Source of the DNA: the human T2T-CHM13v2.0 reference genome, Homo sapiens
Strand: one strand, 5' to 3'
DNA length: 64,000 nucleotides
NCBI RefSeq assembly: GCF_009914755.1
Contig: NC_060929.1
The notes below the pieces were generated by a model. That model did no database searches, was not told the origin of the DNA, and saw nothing but the letters and a program-made list of their open reading frames with translations. Of the stretch, positions 50,500 through 64,000 are shown in pieces. The position numbers and the translations under genes are program-made. Position 1 is the stretch's first letter; each line of letters starts with the position of its first letter.

Positions 50500-53400
50500 T
50501 TAAAGTTATATTAGTATTATCTTAAATTGGGTTTCTCTAAGCCCTGTTCAGATAAAGATTTATTAAATTTTAAGGTAAAGTCTACATACCTAAGAATTGA
50601 CTTTCTTGTCACAAATGTTTGCCTTTGCAATTTTTCTTCTTCAAGTTGGAGTTGGGATATAAAGAAACAACGTGGGAAAATGTGCCCAAACTGAGTAATC
50701 CCTTTGCTATTCGTCTGATTTTTCACTGGCCTGAGAGGAAATTTTTCCACACAGACTGATTGTCATCTTAGATTTTACTCCTCAAGTAATGGCAGAACCT
50801 AGAATGTAATCTCTCATCATAGCAGGGGTCAAATGCACCTTCTTTCCTCCACTAATTCAGCTCTAACTCAATGCTAGCTCACTGTGCAGGTTCTTTGAGT
50901 CTCATCCACATCCTCTGCCTTGCCCCTGGATTAGGTGTGAAAACTTGACTTCTGCAAGAGCATTACTTTATCTTTTTCCCCTTGTTGCTGCTATTCCATT
51001 CCAGGATCACTGACTGCCAACTCTTAGTTGCCCTTCCAACTGGGAGGTGAAAGAAATTTCTAAACCTTTAGTATAATACAGTGGAGCTACTTCTAGCTCT
51101 CTCTATATTTACTTTGCAGCTACTGCTATTGGTATGAGACTTTTTGTAAACTGCCTTTAATCAGAGTCCTGAAGAAGAAAATAAGGCACAAGTCCCCACT
51201 GTTTGGGATTTTCCTTCCATTTTGAGTTGAGTTAGAGAGAAACAAGAACACTTCCAAAACACCACTTATCTCACTTCTATCCCAGCCCTCCAAAGGATCT
51301 TCTACTTCCTCTTGCTGTTAAGACCTTCTTATGAAATCTTATAAGAAATACCTTCCTCAGTTCTTTCTACCAATAATTTATAATTAGGCATTAATACCCA
51401 AGACTTCAAAACACCTATCATGTTCTAATATGGAAAGGGAGTTATACTAATTTAGAAAAGAAATCAACAACTTTTATGTGTACAAAACAATGACTAGATG
51501 TTGATTTTGTTTTCTATAATTGGCACAATAAATCAACCAAAGCTTGTCAATGGATTTGCTCTTATGGGACTAAACTCCTTTTATTTACTTCTGACAATAA
51601 GCCTTATAATGGCTGTAAGACTTAAAGGCAGGAAATTTTCAGAAAAATGTCATTTATGGGAAAAAACACACACACATATAAAATATACATATTTAATACT
51701 TTCAAAATATTGTTCACTATTTCTGTTTCTAGGGAGATGGAGATGTACTTTTCTCTATTCCTTCTCATAAATTATGTATAAAACAAACAAAAATTCTAAA
51801 AGGTAAAGAGAAAATAACAGATTGGCTAGGGACTTCAGGTTCTAAGAAACATCACTGATGTGAGTTCACTGAGTGTTCTTTTTGCCTCATACATGCCACA
51901 TTTGGAACTGAATAAGTCATCAACCCAGAAATACCTATAGGCATAGACAAATAAAAAGCCAGAAGAAAAGACTGCCCTCCTTAGCAGGAGTCAAGAAAAA
52001 CAGAAATATGGTAATATTGAAAATTTTAAATAATAACCACTCTATTCCACAGAACAACATAGGAAAAAAAAAAAAAAGTGGCTGCTATGCATCTCTGCCA
52101 TCAAATACTGAGCAGGGAGCCTAGATTTCCATCCTTGTCAGATTGTAATATGGTACCTCAACTGCCACTGGGGTGGTGTCAGTGAAGGGTTAGTAGGGAG
52201 GTGAGCTTTTCTTTCCTGCCATGGAGTAATTACACCCCCCTTCTGCCCAAGGAATCAGTGGAGACCACAAGGGAAGCCGGCACTACAAGGACCAAGTAGT
52301 AATGAGGCATCCTCCCTCTCCCCAATCCCCTAGCATGGTATAAGAGGAAAACTAATGGAGAACCAGACTTTTTTAACCACCTAGTGTGAATAAGGCCACC
52401 ACACTTTCTCAGTGGGTCTCAACAGAGGCCACATGGGGAGCAATAATGGCATATTTCTATGCTTCTCAGCAGAGAGGTATGAATGGAGGCCCAGTGGGTA
52501 GCTGAAACTTTCACAGTCACCCAGCAGTAACTAGGAGTTTTCCCCATTAAATGTCAGTGGAGATCAAGTGAGGAACCTGGATTTCTAACCCACTTACCAG
52601 TAATGAGTTAGTCCCTCCAGATCCCCTGCCAGACTCATATCATAGGAAGCCAACTAATAGAGAAGGCTTAAATAAGATCCAGAGTCCTATATCATAAAAA
52701 TAAAAATATCCACATTTCAATAGAAAATTATTTGTCACACCAAGAACCAGGAAGATGTCAAACTGGATGATAAAGATAATAAATGACAATACCAAATGAC
52801 AGAGATGTTAGAATTATCTGACAAATATGTCAAAGCAACCATCAGATAAAATACTTCAGCAATAATGAACACACTTGACACAGATGAAAAAAAATAGTCT
52901 CCACAAAGAAACAAATTGTCTGCAAATAAATAGAAGATATAATTAAGTAACAGAAGAAAAATTTAAAAGTGGAAAATAAAATAATTGAAATAATAGTCTC
53001 AATGAAGGCAAACAACATTAAAATGGAGAAGACAGAGAAAAGAATCAGTGAACTTGAAGACAGAACAAGAGAAATTACCAAATATGAGCAACAAAGAGAA
53101 AATAAACTAGAAAAAAAGATTTGAGCTTCAGCAATTTATGGGATGAAAACAAAAACCTATATTTATGTCATCCATATACTGAAAGGAAAAGAGAAAAGGG
53201 CAAGGCTAAAAAAAGTATATGAAGATGTAATAACCAAAATGTCTCAGATTTGTCAAGAGACACAAACACAAAATTCAATTATTTGGGCAAATCTTAAACA
53301 TGATAATTCCAAAGAAATCCATAAGAAGATATAACATAACTAAACTTATGAAATGTAAAGATAAAGAAAAATCTTGAGTGCACTTTACCTTTAGGGAAAA

Positions 53401-54761
53401 AAACAATTAAAGTAAAATAAGATTTCTCATAAAAAACCATGAAGGCCCAAGGGTAGTGGCACAATATTTTTTCCAACGCTAGATAAACAACAATCATCTC
53501 AGAATCTTATACCTGATATATTTCAGGGAAAAGGGGGTGATTAGGACATTCTCAGACGAAGAAAAATTAAAATTTATTGCCATCAGATCTACCCTGAGGG
53601 AATAACTAAAGCAATTTATATAAAAAGAAAAAGAATGAAACAAGAAAGCTTCGAACATCAGGGATAAAGAACATGGCCAGCAAAAAATATGGGTATACAG
53701 AGTAGGCTTTTCTCTTCCTTTTGAGTTTTTCAAGTTATGTTTTATGGTTGAAGCAACAATAATAATGCTGATTAATGTGGTACTAAATGTACCCAGACAA
53801 ATATTTAAGATAATTATAAATGGGGGATATTAAAGGGACATAAAAGGAAGTAAGTTTTCTTCACTTCACTCAAACCGATAAAATGACATCCCCAGGAGAC
53901 AATGATAAGCTATATATACATAACAAATACTTATAACAACCATTAATAAAAATATACAAAGTGATACAATCAAGAGACCTATAGATACATCAAAAAGAAA
54001 TTGTAAAAAGTGTTTAAGTAACCCAAGGAATGACAGAAAAAATAAAACAGAGAAGTAAAAAACATAATAAACGGGAAACAAAAGAAAACAAAAAGGTGGA
54101 CTTAATCATGAATATATCAATAACTAGAGTATATGTAAATGGTCTAAAGACACAAATTAACAGACAGCAATTAGCAGAGAAAACTATATAACATAACCCA
54201 CTATATGTTGTCTATAAAAAATTCTCATCAAATATAACAATGTAGACACACTTAAAGTAAAAGGATGCAAAAAGATGTATTATACATAATCCAATAATAT
54301 TAGAAGTTGCTATATTAATATCAGATAATGAAGAAAGAAAAAAGTTATTAGATACAGAATGGGGCATTATGTAATTTTTGAAGGTTATTCAACAAGAAAA
54401 TATAGCTATCCTGTGTGTATACCAAACAACAGAGCTACAAAACAGGTGAACAGAACACTGAGATAACTGAGAGGGAAAATACACAAATACAGACTTAAAT
54501 ATCCCTCTGCCAAAAATTTATATATTTAAAAAGAAAATCAGCAGAACATAGGAGAAATCAACAATATCCAACAATAGCACAATATGAATTTTTTTCAAGT
54601 TTCCTGTATTGTATACTAAGATAGACCATATCCTGAGTCATAAAACAAACCTAAAACAAATTTAAAAGACTTGAAATCATAGAATTTATCCTCTAACTAC
54701 AATGAAAATAAATAGCAGAAAGACAACAGACGTCTCCCAACACATAGAAACTAAACCATGT

Positions 54762-55125
54762 GGCCGGGTGAGGTGGCTCACGCCTGTAATCCCAGCACCT
54801 TCGGAGGCTGAGGCAGGGGGATCAAGAGGTCAAGAGATCAAGACCATCCTGTCTAATGTGGTGAAACCTTGTCTCTACTAAAAATACAAAAATTAGCTGG
54901 GCATGAGCACCTGTAATCCCAGCTACTCAGGAGGCCTAGGGAGGAGAATTCCTTGAACCCAGGAGGCAGAGGTTGCAGTGAGCCGAGATCACGCCGCTGT
55001 ACTCCAGACTGGCAACAGAGCGAGATTCTGAGAAAAGAGAAAGAAAGAAAAGAAAGAAAAGAATGAAGGAAGGAAGGAAGGGAGGGAGGGAAGCAGGGAG
55101 GGAGGGAGGGAAAGGGAAAGAAAGG
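54762..55125 (+). mobile_element. AluSc with GAAA/GGAA/GGGA purine tail
   Basis: GGTCAAGAGATCAAGACCATCCTG. TSD AACTAAACCATGT at 54749-54761 and 55126-55138. Confidence 0.95.
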
Positions 55126-55348
55126 AACTAAACCATGTACTTCTAAGTATTCCACGGTTCAAAGAGAAAGCCTCAAGGGAAATTTTAATAATTACATTGA
55201 ACTGAATTAATAAAATTAAGCCATATCCAAATTTGTAAAACATAGCTAAAGCAGGACTGAAAAGGAAATTTATAGCACTAAATGCATACATTAGAAAGGA
55301 GAAAAAACTCTCAAATTAATACTCCAAGCTCTCATCCCAAGAACCTAG

Positions 55349-55920
55349 TTTAATGAGTTATGGGATATTCTACCAACTCAACCTTAGGACTATGAAACTT
55401 ATTTGGAAAGTTTCAGATGAGTGAATAATGGGGCTTAGGACATACTGCTCCAAAATATGACTGTAGAAAACAAGAATATGTTACTGCCAAATATGTCTCT
55501 TGGCATAAATATTATTTGAGCTAATTATTTTGAAAAATTTCAGACAGAGGAAGAGCTCTAAAAACAAGAGTAGAAATTTAGTTTTTAAAAGAGAAATTCA
55601 TATTTATAAAAGATAGACTTGGATTTGTAAGGGTATCTCCCACTTTTTGTACCCAGAAAAATAGGTTACTCTAAATCATTAGAAACTTTGATCAGGGAAA
55701 ATATACCAACTTAAATCTGACAACAAACCTTACTCTTGTTTACCTTCAGTTCTTGGCAAACTCCCCATTACTGGACTTTGTCTACCTTCTTTTTGTTTCA
55801 GTTGAAGATGGTATTTAAGCCTGAACTCAAAGCTGAGTCTTAGAGATTAACGTAATTTTCTCTGTATTTCTTCCAACATAGATGAGGTATGCATGTTATT
55901 AACCTGTTTTTTCCTTGTTA
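55349..55920 (+). mobile_element. MER34-family ERV1 LTR preceded by ~75 bp of probable internal sequence
   Basis: CCAAAATATGACTGTAG...TTGGCATAAATATTATTTTGAGCT...GAAGATGGTATTTAAGCCTGAA; interrupts L1MD ORF2. Confidence 0.75.
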
Positions 55921-56352
55921 TATAAAAAGAAAACAGAAGCAAGGAAATAATAAAAAATAATAGCGGAAATGAATGACATTAAAACCAGCAAAACTCGTTT
56001 TTAGAGAAAACCTAATGAAACAAATATCATGTTTTTTTAAAGATCAATACAATTTACAAACTCTAGTAAGACTGACAAAAAAAGAGAAAAGATGCAAACT
56101 ACAAATACCTGGAATTATAGGCTGCCAATACAGACCCTACAGGCATCAAAAGAATAAGGGACTACTATGAACAACTCTGCACGCATAAATTTGGCAGCTT
56201 AGAAACAATGAACAAATTCCTCAAAAAATACAAACTACAAGACATCCAATATGAAATAGATAAAATTAGTATCTCTATTAAGAAAATTGATTTTATGATT
56301 AAAACTTACAGAAATACATTTTCTGGCTAAAATTATGTTACTGGGAAATTCT

Positions 56353-60504
<4,152 letters not shown>

Positions 60505-61576
60505 TAAAAAAGAGGAGAGAATCTTCCCAGTATGTTGTTTGAAGGTATGTATAAACTGATAGCCAAGTAGAAAAATACAGCCTATAAAAGAAAGAAAAGT
60601 ACAAACTAATATTTCCCATGTAGATTCAAAAACCTTTAACAAAATATTAGCAAACAGATTGAGCATTATATAAAAATAATTACACATTATGACCAAATAA
60701 GTTTCATTCTGGGGATGCAAATCTGGTTCAGTGTTCAAAAATCAAACAAAGTAATTCGTTACATTAATAAGGGAAGGGAAAAAGTCCCATGATCATACCA
60801 GTCAATGCAGAAGTCTTTGAAAAAAGCCATCACTCATTTATGATAAAAACTCCACCAAAATAGGAACAGAGATCTTCCTCAAGTTGATAAAGAGCATCTA
60901 CCAAAAAACCCTACAGCTAACATAGTACATACTGTTGAAGAACTGCATGCTTTCCCCTTAAGATCAGGAACAAGGCAAAGATATTCACCCTCACCAACTG
61001 TATTCACCACACTGAAGAAAATTGTAGCCAATGCAATAGAAATATATGGTATAGGGATGAAAAATGAAGATATAAAACAGTCCTTTTGTGCAAGTGATAT
61101 GAATGTATACTTAGAAAGTCCCATAAAATCTATCATAAGAAAAAAAAACAGCCTAGAATAAGTAAATTAACCAAAATAAAAAAACCCCATAAATCTATAA
61201 TTTCATCAATGTCCTAGCAATAAACAATACCAAGTGATATAATTTTATAGTAGCTCAAAATAATGTAATACATAGGTAAATCTAATATAATAGACAGGAT
61301 TTTTATACTGAAAACTGTATGATTGTGATAAAAAAATTTTGAGTATCTCAATAAATGAAGAAACATAACATGCTCATGGATTGTAAAACTCAACATAGTA
61401 AAGATGTAAGTTTTCTTCAAATTTACATATAGATTTAATGCAACTGTTATTAGAATCTTGAGACTATTGGAGATATAGACAAGATTATTCTAAAATTAAA
61501 TGAAAAGGCAAAGAACTGGAAGAGCAAAAACAATTTTGAGAGATAACAAAGTGGAAGGAATCAGTCCACTAATCAG

Positions 61577-61631
61577 TCTTTCTTTCTTCTTTCTCTCTCT
61601 CTCTCTCTTCTTTTTTTCTTCCTTCCTTCCT
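61577..61631. repeat. CT-rich low-complexity tract at an L1MD internal deletion
   Basis: TCTTTCTTTCTTC...(CT)n...(CCTT)n. Confidence 0.85.
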
Positions 61632-62329
61632 ACCACAAATTGCACTGCTAAGCATTTATTCCAGAAAACAAATTAAAAAATTATGTTCACAAAAACCTAT
61701 ACACAAATGTTTATAGCAGTTTTATTTGTAATAGCCAAAAACTGGAAACAACTAGATGTTTTTCAACAGCTGAACTGCTAAAGAAACTATGGTATGACTA
61801 CAAAATGGAATGCTATTCAATAATTTCATAGAATGATCTGTTGATACACGAAACAACGTGAGTGAATCTCCAGAGAATTATTCTGAGTGATGAAAGAAAC
61901 GCGTGGAACAGAAGTGAGATGGATGCATCTATAAAAGGGCAATAGAAGAAGTCTTTATGCTAGCGAAAACATTCTACATGCTAACTATATTAATGACAAT
62001 AGTCTGGTTGTGATGTCAGACTATAGTTTTTGCAATATATTGCCATTAGGAAAAAATTGGGTAAAGGAAATACAATTTGTCTCTATTATTTCTTAAAACT
62101 GCAGATGAATATACAATTATTTCAAAATAAAATTTTTAAATAAAAAAGATAAATCCATATTTAAATGTAAATACAATATGTTATACTCAGAATAAATTGA
62201 GGGTGATATTATAGAGAAAAAACTATAACCAGATATTTTACTATATCAGATAAATGTTGAAGTAACATGCCAAACAAATTATCGGCTTTAAGTGTTGCAT
62301 AGAAGATTTAATCCTTTTCCTCTTTGCAG

Positions 62330-62395
62330 GAGCTCCATATTATCATGAGTTTCATTAGAATGCCATGTGCCGTTAGAGATTTGAACCTTTTCAGT
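62330..62395 (+). other. Candidate 66-nt internal exon (no host gene identified)
   Basis: TTTAATCCTTTTCCTCTTTGCAG acceptor, GTAAGT donor at 62396, open in phase 0. Confidence 0.35.
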
Positions 62396-62634
62396 GTAAG
62401 TTGCTAGAAGCTCAACATTGGGAATATATTATGCTCCTATGTCTAATCTCCTTGTTACTAGATACATTTAGTTAAAATAACCTAACAATCCATTTAATAA
62501 CTAATTTGATTATTCATTATATTAAATGATAAAGAAAACATTAACAGCAAACATTCTTCATGCACCATTTTAATTTTATATGAAACACAATTTGCTTATT
62601 CTTGCTAATTTAAAAATTTTAATTTTCTTTTCAA

Positions 62635-63872
62635 AAATAACAAAGATGAAGAGTTTCAAGTGCTCATCCCACCATCGAAACATCAATTTCAACAACTATT
62701 TATATACAAAACACCTTCACAGAGCTAAAGAAACCCAGTGAGAGATTCAAGAACCTGGGTATAGCACAAAAAGAAGAAAAAAAATGCATTAATGAGCATA
62801 GGAAAGATAGTTTTATATTACCTTCTTTTCCCTTTGCTCAACCCCAGGCAGCACAACCTGGAGAGAGATATCTTTGCTTAGGAGAAGGAGAAGGAAGTGA
62901 GCACTGTACTTTGCCTTGGACCCCAGAGAAAGTCCACCCCAGTTAAATCCAGTCTTACACAGGATTTAATGGACCCCATGGACCCAGACTCCACACTGGT
63001 ACTTACAACTGAGCCTCCATGCTCACTCCATTGCCAGACTTGATTCTACAACCCCAGGTTCTAGGCCCACAAGTCGTGGCAGACTTAATCTCTAGGCCAC
63101 CCAACAGCCAGACTGACCCCGGTGGCTTCAGGTTCCAGACAAGACCCAGCACAGACCTCCACACCCTGTAGTCCTAGTCCTCAGGCTGACACCTGAGGAC
63201 TTAGCCAACAGTTTGGGCCCTGTGGATACAGACTCCAGGGTGTGCAGCCCCAAGCTCCAGACTAGTGTCCAAATACTGAGCCTTCAAGCCCACCTTGGTG
63301 CCAGGCATAATTTCATACCCTCAGGATCTAGTGTGCACAATGGAATCCTAAGGACTCAGGATCCAGGCCTTTCCCAGTGGTCTTAGGTACCAGGCCTACC
63401 CCCATGGACTTAGGCACCAGGCCTATCCCTTTGAACCCAGGCTCTATCTGAGCCACCCAACATCTGACCAGCCCATGTAGACTTAGGCTCAAGGCCACCC
63501 CACTGCCAAGTCAACCCCTGTGAACCCAGGATTTATGACAGCACCTACAAGACAGGCTCCAAGCTTACCCTAATAGATACAGGCTAAAGGCCCATTCCTT
63601 CAGACCTAATGAATAGGTTCACCCCAGAGGATCCAGGCTTCGGGCTCAGCCCTGCAAACCCAGGTGCCAGGCCAACCCGCCCAAGGAATCCAGCAAACTA
63701 TAACTCCCTCAAACTACACTAGATGGCATACTGAGAATTTTTATATGGGCTGACTGATCCTGGACTTTCCGAGGCAAAGCCAGGCTGCAAAGACTGGAAT
63801 AAGTCCCTACTTTTTCAAAGCGGCAGACATCAATGTAAGGCAACAAGAAACATAAAAATCCTAGGAGACATA
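62635..63872 (+). mobile_element. L1M2/M3-type 5'UTR with degenerate GC-rich tandem array (~62960-63680)
   Basis: CAAAGATG start; recurring CCAGGCC..ACCCC..TGGACCCAGG units; ends in pre-ORF1-like CAAGAAACATAAAAA. Confidence 0.7.
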
Positions 63873-63874
63873 AT

Positions 63875-64000
63875 AGTCTTAGTCCATTAGTGCTACTATA
63901 ACAGAATAACTGACTGAGTAGTTTAGAATGAACAGGAATTTATTGGTTCAAAGTTCTGGAGGCTTAGAAGTTCAACATTAAGATGTTGGCAGCTTCAGTG
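63875..64000 (-). mobile_element. MaLR LTR (MST/MLT1A class), cut off by the window edge
   Basis: GTCTTAGTCCATT...CTATAACAGAATA...AATTTATTGG...GTTCTGGAGGCT. Confidence 0.8.

Noticed and set aside
62960-63680. Repeat array as CRISPR-like
   Set aside because: Units are diverged and adjacent with no unique spacers, there are no cas genes, and the context is a eukaryotic L1.

Overview
AT-rich primate (human-like) genomic DNA made up mostly of interspersed repeats. I find no intact protein-coding gene, RNA gene or CRISPR array. The ORFs in the track are L1 ORF1/ORF2 remnants, HERV-L gag remnants, Alu-derived frames or chance ORFs. The window is a layered retroelement record: old L1M/L2/MIR/CR1 and MaLR/ERVL LTRs, interrupted by L1MA/L1PB/L1PA elements and about 14 Alu/FLAM copies. 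The clearest structures are three independent 5'-inverted (twin-primed) L1 insertions (519-923, ~29958-31575, 56353-60435), a full-length L1PA15/16-type element splitting an MLT2D LTR (36134-42302), an internally deleted HERV-L/MLT2A provirus with TSDs (44500-46228), a near full-length L1MD hosting several later insertions (~51800-62150), a triplicated hairpin in non-repeat DNA (5683-5850) and a well-formed 66-nt candidate exon (62330-62395). Family and subfamily names are recalled from consensus sequences, not from a search, and many boundaries are approximate. I see no convincing evidence of a previously undescribed biological system; the findings are mainly mechanistic footprints and testable regulatory or splicing hypotheses.
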